A stretch of 64,000 nt of DNA, from assembly GCA_039621445.1 (NCBI GenBank), contig CP154954.1, forward strand, positions 5,619,919-5,683,918, in the 5' to 3' direction. Positions 24,216-37,423 of this stretch are shown piece after piece. The notes under the pieces were generated by a model, which saw only the letters and a list, made by a program, of their open reading frames with translations, was not told the origin of the DNA and did no database searches. The DNA is from Euglena gracilis (taxonomy: Eukaryota). The position numbers and the translations under genes were made by a program. Within the stretch, counting starts at the first letter, position 1. Each line of letters opens with the position of its first letter.

Positions 24216-24574
24216 ATACCACATTTAGGGGCTCAAGGGGGCTTCCTTGTCCACATGGGTGGAACGAGTATATACTGAAAAAAATAGACACTCAGACAGT
24301 GTACACAGTACACGGAGCGGGGCGGACAAGGAGCCCCACCGGGCATTCACTGAGGTGGGCGGGCGGTTTGACGGTTTCGGCGCTTGCTCTTCGATTTCGC
24401 TGGATGTCAAATTTTTGGCCCGGCGCTTCGCACCGGGCTGAAAATCGGTCACCCGGACCACGTTTAGGTGGGGGGGGGTCCGGACCACCCCCCCCCACCT
24501 GTCCTTAAAACCTATTTTCTGGGCCCGACGCCTGTCTTGAAATTCTACTGACATTAACGGATTTCAGGCTGAAA

Positions 24575-25585
24575 TTGTTTATGTCGGTCAATTTCCATTC
24601 AGGCGCCCGTTTATGTCGGTCGATTTCCATTCAGGCGTCCGTTTATGTCAGTCGATTTCCATTCAGGCGCCCGTTTATGTCGGTCGATTTCCATTCCATT
24701 GAAATCTGTTGCTGGTCAGATTGGGAATTTTTAGTGACTTTTTGGACATTTTTGGACATTCCCTTTTTTTAAACATTTTTGGTCCTACGGGGTTGTGGAG
24801 GCGTTATGGATCAGACAAAAACCAAATTTTATGGTCAGGTGATCACCGCTGGCTGAACTTTGGATGGAACAGACGGAAGGACGGTACTTAAGATTATCAT
24901 TTTCTGGAACTTCAGAAAAAGCATTTGGCAAGTTTGTCCTGAACCAGTTGTCATCACTGGTCATCTGAAAGCACAGCTTTCGGGTGAGGAGTGATTTGGA
25001 AAGGTTAAACATATTTTCTGGGCTCGACGTCTGTATTGCAATTCTATTGATATCATCGGATTTCGGGCGAAGGCTGTGTTCATAGCAGCATGGCTTTGGT
25101 CAAAATCTGTGACAAAAGGTTGGTCGACATTACCCTCACCCCCCCCTCAAAGTGGCCATCCTCCAGGCACCACGGGACCCCAAAACGGCCACTCTGGGGG
25201 AGGGGACACTTTGGGGGGGGGTCAATTTTTGGGCTTCGGCGCCTTCGGCGCCAAAAGAAAGTGGCCACTTTGAGGGGGGGGGGGAAACCAAACTTGCCAA
25301 AAAATTTTGGCCATTCTGAGGGGGGGACACTTTGAGGGGGGGGGTGAAGGTAACGGGTTTCAGGCTGAAACTGACAATATCCCAAAACGGAACAAAAAGG
25401 CATTCAAAAAAGGAAACAAAAGGTTGGTCGATTTCCAAGACATCGGAATCCGTTTATGTCAGTCGATTTCCATTCAGGCGCCCGTTTATGTCGGTCGATT
25501 TCCATTCAGGCGCCCGTTAATGTCGGTCGATTTCCATTCAGGCGCCGTTTATGTCGGTCGATTTCCATTCAGGCGCCCGTTAATG
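24575..25585. repeat. ~31-bp minisatellite GTCGGTCGATTTCCATTCAGGCGCCCGTTTAT (arrays 24575-24700 and 25450-25585; also 28680-28730, 32300-32370 and inverted 32600-32680)
   Basis: Head-to-tail copies without unique spacers, within a dispersed repeat family. Confidence 0.85.
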
Positions 25586-25667
25586 GGCCAAAAACCACTT
25601 TTTTGACCATATTTCGGTCCAGGCGGTTCGGTCGAATGAATATCAAGCCAGACAAAATAGGTTTTAG

Positions 25668-25771
25668 AAAAATCGACCGACACTAACAGATTCAGCAGGG
25701 GCGCCGGGCGGCTCGCTTCGCTCGCTCGCGCCCGGCGCCCCTGCTGAATCTGTTAGTGTCGGTCGATTTTT
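25668..25771. repeat. ~100-bp hairpin; related copies at ~32090-32176 and ~32450-32510
   Basis: AAAAATCGACCGACACTAACAGATTCAGCAGGGGCGCCGGGCG...CGCCCGGCGCCCCTGCTGAATCTGTTAGTGTCGGTCGATTTTT. Confidence 0.9.
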
Positions 25772-25869
25772 GTATGATATCGAACCCTGGTCGACCCCCC
25801 CCACCAGGCCCTCCTGTTTTGCCCTGCCAGAGGGTCACGGTGAGAGGTGCGGTTGGGGTTTTACCCCCC

Positions 25870-26120
25870 CCCCCCCTAGTCGTACGACCACCCCTCATTT
25901 ACGACCACCCCCCCCGGTCACAGGTTGCAGGTCATGGGGGTGTTATGACCACCCCCCCCCCCCGGTCACAGGTTGCAGGTTGCGAAAAACTTAACACCAC
26001 CTTCCCTATGACCGCCACCTCATTTACGACCACCCCCCGGTCACAGGTTGCAGGTTATGGGGGTGTTATGACCCCCCCGGTCACAGGTTGCAGGAACCTG
26101 GTCATACGACTAGGGGGGGG
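25870..26120. mobile_element. MITE-like element with internal CGGTCACAGGTTGCAGG repeats
   Basis: TIR CCCCCTAGTCGTACGACCA / TGGTCATACGACTAGGGGG with four internal direct repeats. Confidence 0.65.
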
Positions 26121-26694
26121 CCTAGTGGCCTTTTGGCCTTTTGGCCCTTTGGCCTTTTTTCGAATTGGGCCAAATTTTGACAAAATTGCCCTGTTTCTCT
26201 ATGTTCAGGATAGCAAATCCCCTTTTGGGCCGAAGGGTCGGTGGGCTTTATCTTTCTTCACCCCTGTTCATCTGCCGCCTTTGGGTTTCCTTCTCTGTGC
26301 CAAGGTACGGCAGGGCCATGTGCAAACCCTACCCCCAGGGTTGGATGGGCAGCCCTTCGGTATTGAGGTAGGTGGTAGGGGGGGGGGGTCGCTGAGCTCT
26401 TATCCCTTTATGGGTAAGAGCGAAGCTCCCCCCTGGGGGAAAACCCCCCCGAACCCCCCCCCCCCCTCGGGGCCACCTCGGGAACCGGCGGATTATCACC
26501 ATGATCCTGGCCCCGTTCCCGGATTTTTTTTTCAGTCGCGAGCGACTGGATTTCTAGTTTCCGAATCACCTGGGTTTCTGGGTTTGACCCCCAACTCCCC
26601 GCCAGGCCCGAGTTATTCACGCGCGAAGGGGTCCAAACTGGGTAGGATTGACCCGCCCCCCTTTTTTAACCCCCCCACCTTTGGACTCTGCCAT

Positions 26695-27520
26695 TTCGGC
26701 CAAAAAAAAATGTCAATTTTCAAAATATCTCCAAAATGAAGCAAAATCAAAAGAAATGTCCGGAGACCTAATTTGAAGCCCTTGGAACGCCCCATCTACT
26801 GGTATTTTGATTTCCCCGCAACTCCCCGCCTAGCCCGAGATACGGCCGTTTTCGGCGCAGATGGCCGTTTTGTACACTTTTCCCACTGTTCGACTAAGCC
26901 GTTTTGTTTTTGGGGGGTGGGGGGTCAAAAAATCGATGTTTTCAACATTTCTCAAAATGATGCAAAATCAAAGGAAATGTCCGGAGACCTAAATTGAAGC
27001 CCTTGGAACGCTCTATCTACTGGGAGCAGCTCACCGCAGCTCACCGCCCAGCCCGAGATACGGGCGTTTTTTTTGGCCAATTTAGGCCATTTTGTACACT
27101 TTTCCCGCTGTTCGACTTGGCCGTTTTCGGCCAAAAAAGTCGAAATTTTTTTTTGCCCGAAACGATGTTTTTTTTAGCCTCCCGGACCCAGAAAAACTGT
27201 TTTTGAGCCGAAAACGAGCGTTTTCCGACCTGCCGGCGCCCCGTTTTGGGCCGCCAACTTTGGGTCAAAGCCGGGTCAAAAAAGTCGAAAAAAATCGAAA
27301 AATATTTTTTTTTGCCCGAAACGATGTTTTTTTGGCCTCCCGGACCCAGAAAAACTGTTTTTGAGCCGAAAACGAGCGTTTTTCGACCCGCCAGCGCCCC
27401 GTTTTGGGCTGCCGACCCATTGACTTTGGGTCAAAACCGGGTCAAAAAAGTGGAAAAAAGTCGAAAAATTTTTTTTTGCCCAAAACGATGTTATTGGGCC
27501 TCCCGGACCCCAAAAAAAAT
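26695..27520. repeat. Degenerate tandem repeats (~230-bp unit x2, then ~160-bp unit x2-3)
   Basis: GAAATGTCCGGAGACCTAA..GAAGCCCTTGGAACGC occurs twice. TTTTTGCCC..AACGATGTT..GCCTCCCGGACCC occurs three times. Confidence 0.75.
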
Positions 27521-29401
27521 GTTCAAAAAATTTCAAAAAATGAGCATTTTTGGATCGATTTTCAAACAAAAATCGGGGATTTTTGACCGATTTCGACCCA
27601 ATTTCCGGCCCTTTGCCCGTCCGTGAAATCGAAAAATTTTCGCCCCCCCCCCCCTCAGTTTCGAGGTAGGAGGGGGGGTCCGACACCCCCCTTCGTGTCG
27701 GGGGGGGTCCAACCCCCCCCCCCTCAAGGCTTCCCATCCATCCCTGCCTACCCCAGAAATAATTAATTTTTTAAGTAATTTAAGTAATTATTTCTGTGTG
27801 AGCGAAATGGGATTTTTCTCGATTTTCGGTATCTTTCTGGTGATACGTTGGTTTTTGAGGGTGGGTGGGCGAGGGCCGCTGGACCTGTTGTTCCAAAGTT
27901 CCAACAGGTCGGTCCGACCTCAGGTTGGCTGGCGGGCAGACCAGGCCAGGGCGTCGCTAAAGCCGAAGGGGACCCCATCCCCCAGGGGGTTCCGCCCAGC
28001 CAGTCTTTTTCCATCCCCGGACCTCCATCCCCCACCCCATCGACGAGAATATTTTCCAGCCTCTGAGCTGGACCCCCTTGGGGAGTCGCAAAGCAACGCG
28101 GGGGGGGGGGGTTGATGCAGTGGACTTGGGCATCCTCATTGACCACGAGAGGTCAGCCCAACCACCAAAACCGCCACGGCCAAAAATCCACCCAGGGTGC
28201 TCTGAGACACCCCAGCCTGTCCTCCATTTCTTTGTCTTCTTACCTGGCATTGAAAACGGGCCGAAATTCTTCCACTGGTCTTGATTCCACTTGTGTTTGT
28301 GATCCTCAGACTGTGGTCACGCCCTTTGATCCTGGCCATCATTTGCCAGGTCCAGGCATTTTCTGAAGTCAGGATGTCCCACCCGCCATTGGCAGCACTT
28401 TCTCTGTGCGGATTTCCACGGATCCTAACTGGGTGGGGCGCAAGGTTTGCATTTTTTTTAAAAGAAAGCAAAAAAAAGTTTTTTTCCCAAAGGAAAACAC
28501 ACCAAAAAGCAAAATGCAAAAATGAAAAATTTGCATTTGAATGCATTTGAAAATGCAAAAATTGTTTGTTTTTTTCATTGAAGAACACCAATCAAAAAAA
28601 AAACCCTCAAAAATGTGTTTTTTTTTTTGGAAATTGACAAAAAATGTTTTTTTGGTCAAATCGGGGAAATTCACCCGTTTAGGTCAGTGGATTTCCATTC
28701 AGGGGCCCATTTCGGTCAGTCGATTTCCAAGACACTGAAATCTGTTGTTGGTAAGATTCGGAATTTTAGTGAAATTTTGGATTTCCACCTTTTTTCGACA
28801 TTTTTTTGGTTGTGCGGGGTTATGGAAGCGTTTTGGACCAGACAATGGCTAAATCTTGCAGTCAGATGGCCCCAAGCGGATTTCCGGTGGTCGTCCTTGT
28901 GGTGGTCGGCCCGACCTTGTCGACCTGTGGTGGTCGGCCCGACCAACATTTTTTTTCACTACCCCCCCCCCCCTTCTGGAGATTTAAGCCCCCCCCCTGA
29001 AAAAACTTTTGTCCAAATCACCCCAACACCAGTCAAAACCCACTTAAATGGCTCCAGAACCCCCCAATCGGGGGCGAATATGCAAAAAGTTGGGGGGAAA
29101 ATGCCCATTTTGGGCCACTTTTGGCAAAAGAACACCTCTCCCCATCGGATTTTCAATATAATTGCAAAATTCTGCACAAAAAGGACTTATCCCTCTAAGT
29201 ATGTTGCCAACATAGAGGGGATTTTGTTATCTGGGGGGGTGCGGGGGGGGGGGGGCGGAGCCCCCCCCCCCCCCGCCTATGCCAAAGTGAGCCACAAAAA
29301 CGACTTGGCCCCCGAGTATGTTGCCAACTCGGAAGGGATTTTGTTATTTGAGGTTCGGATGGGGGTCGAGGGAGGAGTTTCCTGCCTCTCGTGATGCAGA
29401 G

Positions 29402-29903
29402 CAGGGAATTTCTTAAGCCGGAGGGTACCCTACCCCCGGGGGGGGTCCAGCCAGCCAGCAGCTCAAATCCAGCCAGCAGCCCAAATTTGGGCTGGGAGCC
29501 CCCCCCCCCCTCTCGGAGGGTCGAGTGAAATAAAGTTGGGTCCAGCTCGGCCAGAGGCTGGGCCAGCCGGCCGCAGGCTGGCCCGCCAACTGGGCTGCCC
29601 AGCTCACTTATCCTTGCATTTTTTCCCCTCGTCACAGCCCCTCCATCACAACCCCCCAGTCTTGATCTAGCTCCACCCATCAAAATGTCGAAAATGGCAA
29701 AAATGTGTTAGAAAATTTTGGTTTTCCTCGACCCAGCCCAGCCCAGCCCCCTCCAGCCCCGGACCCCCCTTCCCCCCCCCCCCCCCCCCGGGGGGGGACC
29801 AGCCAGCAGCTCAAATCCAGCCAGCAGCCTTTTTGCCAGCCGGAGGCTGGACCCCCCCCCCCCGGCCCCGGCCCCGGGGGGGGGGTCTTTAAGAAATTCC
29901 CTG
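29402..29903. mobile_element. hAT-like MITE family A, copy 1
   Basis: TIR CAGGGAATTTCTTAA / TTAAGAAATTCCCTG, homologous to 40440-40939. No TSD visible. Confidence 0.8.
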
Positions 29904-31688
29904 GTGGTCATAAAAATGGTCTGTGGCGGGCCCAACACCCGGAAATGGTCCGGATGGGTCCAAATAAATGTCTTACACCAACATAAACACCCCCAGATGG
30001 AAATCTTTGGTCGGTGGGGGTCAGTGGGCCCTTGATGCTCTTACCCATAAAGGGATAAGAGCTCAGCGACCCCCCCCCTACCACCTTACCCCCCAGGACC
30101 AGGTTTTGAACAGTGCTGAGTGCTGAGTGCTCTTAATAAGCGCTCACCCACCCCTTCATTGACACCGCCATATAAACCGGCGCACTCCATGGAGCTCTGT
30201 TTACTGAAATGCAAAGGTTTTGTGCCCGAAACAGGGCGCCGGGGGGTGAAGAAACACTCATTTTTGGCTCAAAATACACCTTTTCCAGGTCAGGGAGGGG
30301 TAAAAAAACCAATGATGAAACAGGGATTACATGAAAATCCTTTAGAAATGCAAGCATTCTGCATCAGGGAAATTCTCCAAGGATTTTCTTCATGGATTTA
30401 AATGTCGGCGGTACTGACCCGTTAGTACATCAGAGTGGGTAGTCGGCCGACTACCCAATACCCCCCCCACCCCGTCTCGCCGACTAGCTACCGACCATTA
30501 GTCGGCCGACTACCCCCCCTCCCAGTCTACCGCCATGCGCCCCGAAGGCCGCCTGGCCGAAGGCCGAAGGCCGCTGCAGTTTCAGAACCTGATCAGTTGA
30601 TGATGTTATTTAAAGGCGTAGGGTTAGGGTCAAGTTTCCATTCCTAACTGTCCCATCCCATCCCCTCAACGTCGTTCAATTGGTGTCTGCAGGGGACCCA
30701 GCGAACCCAAAGAGGCGCCCAACTAGGGTTAAAAACATTGGGGGACCCGAGCGAGGCGCCGAAGGCGCCGAGCGAGGGTCCCCCAATGTGTATTAACCCT
30801 AGTTGGGCGTCTCTTTGGGGTAGCTGGTCCCCTGCAGGCACCAATTTATCACGCATCAGTCACCGACCCCTCAACTGGTCGATCGACCCTTCAACTAGTT
30901 GGTGGTGGGCTGGAGGGGGGGCTGGCTAGTCGGCTGACTAGCCAATTGGTCGGCCGACCGACCACGCCAATTGGTCGGTCGGCCTAGTCAGCAGCGAGTC
31001 GGCGAGACAGGGGGGGGGAGCCAGTTGGCCGACTAGTCGGCGAAATACCCACTCTAATGTGCTGGTGAGTCAACCGCCGACTTTTAAGCCCCCCCCCCAT
31101 GAAAAAAAACTTCGGATGGGGGTGGAGGGGGGAGTTTTCTGCCTCTCGTAAGAGTCATGGCCAGTTTCCCCCCCCCCCAGGACCCCCCCAGGACCCACCG
31201 GGGGGCGGTACCCATTTCAAAGAAACCTGAATTTGTGCTGCAAAATTTCTGCCAAAAAGTTGTGGGACCCACCCAGGACCCCCCCCCCCAGCACCCCCCC
31301 AGGACCCTCCAAAGGACCCCCCCCCCAGGACCGCCCCAGGACAGGGTCCTGGGGGGGGGGAACTGGCCACAAGTGCATTTCTGGGTGATTTGGGCCGGCC
31401 ACAGACCATTTTTATGCCCACCGACTAGCCACCGACCAGGGGGGGGGGCTTAAAAGTTCAAAAGGGAGGGGTATTGCGGGAAAATGGTGGTCGGCCCGAC
31501 CACCACAGGTCGGGCCGACCATGGTCGGCCCGACCACCACGACGGCGACCACCGGAAATCCGCACGGAGCCAGATGTCACAACTGGCTAACAGGCCGAAG
31601 TTAGGATGTCCGTTTCATTTTCTGGAACTTCAGAATAAGCATTCTGTACAATTTGGCCAGATTCCGTTGTCATCGCTGGACGCCTGAT

Positions 31689-31914
31689 CAGGCTGTATTT
31701 TAGTCGGGTGCCGACCCCACCCAGGGGTGGGGGGTGCCTGCCTGCGCAGGCACAACCCCGGCGCGGGGAGCCAAAAATAGCCTGTTTTCAAAGGAATGTG
31801 CCTGGGCACAGGCCGAAATCCTACCCCCCCCCCCCCCGGGGGGGTAGTGCCTGCCTGGGCAGGCACTCCGACCCCCCCCCCCCCCCCCCCCGGGGTTGCT
31901 AAAAAAACAGCCTG
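31689..31914. mobile_element. hAT-like MITE family B
   Basis: TIR CAGGCTGT / ACAGCCTG with 8-bp TSD CGCCTGAT. Confidence 0.85.
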
Positions 31915-32811
31915 CGCCTGATGAGAAGCTTTCGATCGGGGGTGTTTTGGCAACTGTTAAAACCTATTTCCATGGCCCGACGCCTGTCTTGAAATTCCAC
32001 TGACATCAACGGATTTCAGGCTGAAATTGTTTATGTTGATCGCTTTCCAAGACGGCGCCCATTTATGTCGTTTGATCAATTGATTGGCTTCGATTTCAGC
32101 AGAGGGCGCCGGGCGGCTTGCTTCGCTCGCTCGCAGCCGGAGCCCCTGCTGAAACCGTTGGTGTCGGTCGATTTTTGAAACAGACGGATACAATCCCGAT
32201 CGTCTAAATTCAGGAATTTCATCTTCATTGGTCAAGGAAGGAATTGGGGAAATCTGGATATTGCCAAAAAGGCACAAATCGATTCCCAAGGCATCGGAAT
32301 CCGTTTACGTCGGTCGATTTCCATTCAGGCGCCCGTTTACGTCAGTTGATTTCCATTCAGGCGGCTGTTAATGGGCCAAAAAACCACTTTTTTGGCTATA
32401 GTTCCGTCCAGGCGGTTCGGTCGAATGAAATTCAAGAATCAGGCCCAGACAAAATAGCAGGGGCGCCCGGCGCCCTTGCTGAATCTGTTAGTGTTGGTCG
32501 ATTTTTTGTATAAAAATCTATTTTGTCTGGGCCCGATGCCTGTGTTGAATTTTGTTCGACCGAACCGCCTGGACGGAATTATAGCCAAAAAAGTGGTTTT
32601 TGGCCCATTAACAGCCGCCTGAATGGAAAATTGACTGACGTAAGCGGGCGCCTGAATGGAAATTGACTGACCTAAACGGATTCCGATGTCTTTGAAATTG
32701 ACCAACCTTTTTTGGCAACATCTAGATTTCCCCAAATTCTTGACCAACGAAACTGAAATTTCTGATTAAAATAATTTAAGACTGAATTTTGTTCATCCCA
32801 ATGGTCAAGGG

Positions 32812-33049
32812 GTTGTTGCTCACAAAGGGCCTGGCCGGGTGTTCATCATCATGGTACCTGCCTCCTCCATCTGCTCCTATTCTGTCTTCATCGCGTATGC
32901 CGAAATGACCTGCCACGCCAATAGTATTTTCCCAGTGCATGGCTACTCTTATGGGTTCATCCTGCTTGTCTTCTCCTCTGCCTTTTCGCTTGGAGCCACT
33001 GCGACTGGCTTTTTGGGCATTAGGGATCAGGGAATTGGACAGCATTAAG
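32812..33049 (+). CDS. Exon 2 of the tetraspan protein (TM3, TM4); contains an in-frame TAA at 33046
   Basis: VFIIMVPASSICSYSVFIAY...C...GYSYGFILLVFSSAFSL resembles the claudin/amastin TM4 entry. Donor AAG|GTACTG at 33049/33050. The 5' boundary is uncertain. Confidence 0.6.
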
Positions 33050-33226
33050 GTACTGCATGGGCCTTTTTTTGCACGACATGCATCAGTGCATGTCAGAGCA
33101 TTTTTCCTGCTGTTGTGTTTTTTTTGAAGAATTCAAAAATCAAGAATTCAAGAATTCATATTTCCGCTTTTTTAAAAAAAGGTTGCTTAAATAGATTTTT
33201 TTTTGATTGAGCTCACTAATTGCCAG

Positions 33227-33411
33227 TTGTCCAGCACCCTGTTGCCAAGCTGAAGAAGTACCAGCTGCTTGATCTCGATGTGAAGGAGAAGGAGTTCTAT
33301 GTGGATGGGCAGGAGGTCCCGTTTGACGGGGTGTACGAGGAGTACAACCCGCATGCTGCCCCAACCCCCGTTCCGACCACTGACTCTCCGCACCACGTGG
33401 TTCTCTACTGA
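33227..33411 (+). CDS. Exon 3 (cytoplasmic tail) of the tetraspan protein
   Basis: Branch-like CACTAAT plus TGCCAG acceptor, phase matches the 33049 donor. Strong GC3 codon bias, ends in TGA. Confidence 0.6.
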
Positions 33412-33524
33412 GCTCTCCAGCCTGCTCCTCTACCCCGTGCTTGACCAAGCCGCAGTGATGTATCCTGTGAATGAGGAGTTTCTCGTGTTTTGTGTTGTTC
33501 CAAGAGCTTACAACACACGCTCAG

Positions 33525-33561
33525 CCGCGCGCACACACACGCACACGCGCGCGCGCGCGCA

Positions 33562-33599
<38 letters not shown>

Positions 33600-33600
33600 C
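33525..33600. repeat. Compound microsatellite (CG)n(CA)n(GA)n
   Basis: Directly visible, just 3' of exon 3. Confidence 0.95.
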
Positions 33601-33619
33601 AGCACAAAGCAGGTGGGGG

Positions 33620-34235
33620 AAATGCGTTTCGCATTTTTTCGCATTTTTGCGCATTTTTTGCGCATTTTTGTCAATTTTTCAAAAATGCGCATTTTTGCGC
33701 ATTTTTTGCAATCCCCCCCCCCATTTTTGCACATTGTCCTGAGTTTGTGACATTCCTAAGGGAAAAAGGACTTAGACAAAAAAAATTTTCCAACAGTAAA
33801 CCCAAAATTAAACCAAAATCACCAAAAAGAGCTGAAATGAAGGCATTTTGGCCAAAAAAGTGCGAAAATGGGTTCGTTGGTTACAGAAATGGGTCAGTTG
33901 AACATGGGCAAAATTCGGTGAGCATGTGATTTGGGTGGAAAATGTGCAAAAATGGCAAAATGTGCAAAATTGGGCAAAAAAAGGCGCAAAAAAGGCGCAA
34001 AATTGAAAATGTGCAAAATTGGGCAAAAAAATTCGCAAAAAAGGCGCAAAAATTGAAAATGTGCAAAATTGGGCAAAAAAGGCGCAAAAAAGGCGCAAAT
34101 TGAAAATATGCAAAATTGGGCAAAAAAATGCGCAAAAAAGGCGCACAAATTGAAAATGTGCAAAATTGGGCAAAAAAATGCGCAAAAAAATGCATTTTTT
34201 GCGCATTTTTTTGCGCATTTTTGCGCATTTTTTCC
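33620..34235. repeat. GCGCA(T/A)n-rich tandem repeats, including a ~45-bp unit AAATGTGCAAAATTGGGCAAAAAAAGGCGCAAAAAAGGCGCAAAATTG
   Basis: About 5 copies at 33950-34190, with inverted-sense tracts at 33620-33710 and 34190-34230. Confidence 0.85.
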
Positions 34236-34949
34236 GAGGGCCGTCCAGCGCATCCCCCCCCCCCCTGCACAAAGACAAACCCAAAGTGCACAGAAGGAGA
34301 AAATAAAGAAATGAAGATGGTTGGTGTTTCGTCGCTTTGCTTACACCCCAACCCCTGAAATTTTCACTCTTCACACCGTATATTATTGCACTTCCGGTCA
34401 ATTTTTTGCATTTTATCTCAAAAATGTTTGCGTGCCAATTACTTGTTTGCACTTTACACATATGGCATAAAGTGGAGCCCCCACAGTCGAGTGTGGGGTA
34501 CTGTGGGGGGTAAGTGTGGGAGGTAAGTGTGGGGTGACAGTGGGGGGGAGTGTGGGGGGTAAGTGTGGGGTGACAGTGGGGGGGAGTCAATCTGGGCTAA
34601 ATTCTGTCCACCCCTTTCGATCCTAGTGTATTTTATACCGGCCGTCACTGCTGCACCAGATCACACACCCACGGCCGAAACTCCTCCCGCATGAGAGCGC
34701 ACCTGCCCCTGAAGGGTTTTGTTCACTTGCCGCTATCTTCGTGTTCGGAAGATATGGATTTTGTTAATTTGGATCTGGGGGAGGGTCCGCCCCCCCCTCC
34801 CCAGGACGAGGCCAAAGGCCCAGTGAGTCAAAAAATGACACTCAAACGTTGGGCCACATGCAGGAATCTGGCAATTTCCTTTTCACACAAAAGGGGAGTG
34901 TGGGGGTTAAGTGTGGGGTGACAGTGGGGGGGGGAGTGTGGGGGGGGGG

Positions 34950-35349
34950 CAGGGTTCGATACAAGGAGGGCGTACATGGTTTAGGTGGGGGGGTGTCCCC
35001 CCCCCCCCCCTGGCCCGCAGGGGGGGTCCGGACCACCCCCCCCCACCTGCAAGGGGGGTCCGGACCGACCCTCGGGGGGTACCCGGGACCCCCCCCCCAA
35101 AAAAGGGTCAATTTTTTCCTCCGGCACTTTGCGCCGAAATTTTTTTTTGCATTTTTGGCCAATTTTTGCCCAAAAAAAAGTGCCCAAAATGGCACTTTTG
35201 GTCGTTTTGGGGGGTCAAAATTTTTTCGGTCACCCTGACCGCGCCACTGTTTAAGTGGGGGGGGTGTCCCCCCCACCCCCCCCCCCCCTGGCCCGCAGGG
35301 GGGGGGGGTCCGGCCCCCCCCCCCCCTCCTCTCCTTATATCGAACCCTG
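34950..35349. mobile_element. hAT-like MITE family C, copy 1
   Basis: TIR CAGGGTTCGATA / TATCGAACCCTG with G8 on both flanks. Confidence 0.8.
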
Positions 35350-37423
35350 GGGGGGGGACCAGCCAGCCGGCTCTGTACAGATGATTGGCTGCGACAATTC
35401 TGGAGGTCGGGCCGACCATGAGCGAAAATTTTGTGCTAACCTAGTCGTCTTTCGGTCCTCTGGGTGGGGGGCTGCCCCCCCCCCCCCCGCTAATGATAAA
35501 CTCCCCCCCCCCCTTTATGTGCTGCCATTTAAGGTTGCCATGACCGAACCCCCCCCCCCCCGGGGCATTGGTTTTTGAACAGTGAACTGACTGGTTTTTT
35601 GAAAGTGGAAAGTGACCCCCCTTGGGGGTCACGAAGGAATGCTATGGTTGGAAGCACCAAAACACCACAAAGCACCAAACTTTTGGGTCTGCCGGACCCC
35701 ACCCTCCCCGGGTGAAGGGGTCCCCCATTTGGTTGGTGGGGGGGGGGCTGGTCCTCCCACAAGGCCCCAGCTGGGTCCAAAGCAAAACAGAGACAAGAAT
35801 GTGGCGTGAGAGGCTCCTCACCAGGGGCTGACGGTTGCCGCAGCATTGTTTCAAGAAAACATCATCTCACATATGCCAAAGCAGACGCGAAATGCTCTTT
35901 GCCCTGTTTTTTTTGAATATCTTTTTTTCACCTGTGAGCACCAAGCCCCCCCCTCCCGATAGTGTCCCATGCCCCCTGCCTCAGGACCTGGCCGGCTGGT
36001 CCTAAAGGAATTTTATTGACCCCCCCCCTGATAGTGGCCCATACCCACCCTGCAAAATATGCTCTGCATATCTCCCCATGAGACTGTTTTTGTCAAAATT
36101 TTCAGCAGATTTTGGTCCTTTTTGCTGGACAGTGGCTGTGGACTTGTTTGGTGTTTTGACAGGAAACCTGAGGGGCTTCCAATTGGGGGGGGGGGATGAA
36201 CAACTTTTTCGGCGCTTTGGGCTGCCCAGCACTCCTGCAAAAGCTGCTGCCCCCCCCCCTTCACCTGAACACGACCAAAAATGAGATATTTTTCCGCATC
36301 TTTTCAGCACAATTTTCATATATTTCTGGAGTGACCCCCTCCCCCCCCCCGGGGGTCGGTAAAAAAAATTGTATGACTGGAACCTGCAGACGAGAGAGGA
36401 CTTTTTAAAATATAAAAACTGTGTGTTCACCTCTGGGCACTTTTCGAAAAACCAGTCAGTCACTTTTTTTCGGGAAACCAGTAAGTCACTACCCCCCCCC
36501 CCCGGGGGTCGGCCACTAAATTTGACCAAAAAAATGGAAAAAAGGCCAAAATTTTTCCGGCGCCGGGTCACTTTAGTGGTTTTTTGCCGACCCCCCCCCC
36601 CCCAGGGGGGTCCGGGCCAAAAACCAGTCAAAAACAGTCAGTCACTCCGAAAAAATCAGCCACTCACCCCCCCAGGGGGGGTGTTGGCCAGTGCTTAAGC
36701 AATTGTCTGGTTCCAGTCCAAAAGAAATCTGTTTGGTTGCAGTGGTTCAGTTTGCCAATTCCCTCTGTTCCACAAGAGCATTTCCTCATCATCATGCGTA
36801 TAAAAGCCAAACCAACCGACACTGTACTTGTACTTTGGTGGCCCATGTTGTCTGCAAATCAGACCCATTACCTTTCTGTGTTGTTGTCAGCTTTGTTTCT
36901 TCACCTGTTCCGAAGTTGAGAGGGATGAAATGGGGGGCAGGGGCGTACTCAGAATCACCAGAACAATCCAATGATGTCTGAAGAAAACCTTGCTCCCCTG
37001 AATTTGGACAGACCCGAAGCATGTTCCTCACAGAAGAACGACGGAGTGCCCAAATTGTGCAAAAATAGCAGCAGAGGCACTCTGGAAAGTGAAACAAAAA
37101 TGAGGATTTCAGCAAGAAGTTTTTCAAGGATGATCCCCACAAGCATTCAGTAAGGTTTCATCCTCCCCTCTCACCCCCCCTGTTCTTCTCAGTCTTTCCT
37201 CCTTTTCTTTTCTTTGCACAAGGGATCAGGTCCATTGTGGGCACATTCACCCCCGTCAAGCAGCGACATGCATCATCCATAGCGCACAGGATTACGGAAG
37301 CGGAATGCAATCCCTTCCGTCCCTTCGCTCTCATTTTGCACGCGACAAAAGTGGGAGTTCAGGGAACCCCCAGGACGACTGGATCTCCCCTGGTATGTCT
37401 TCTTGTCTTTCTTCTCTTCTGGT

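Noticed and set aside
24575-25585. ~31-bp repeats resembling a CRISPR array
   Set aside because: Copies are contiguous with no unique spacers, there are no cas genes, and the context is a eukaryotic dispersed repeat.
33046-33048. Stop-codon reassignment (TAA as sense) suggested by the in-frame TAA in exon 2
   Set aside because: The 1402-, 1167- and 733-codon ORFs contain no in-frame stops, which is unlikely if TAA were a sense codon. A point mutation or error is simpler.
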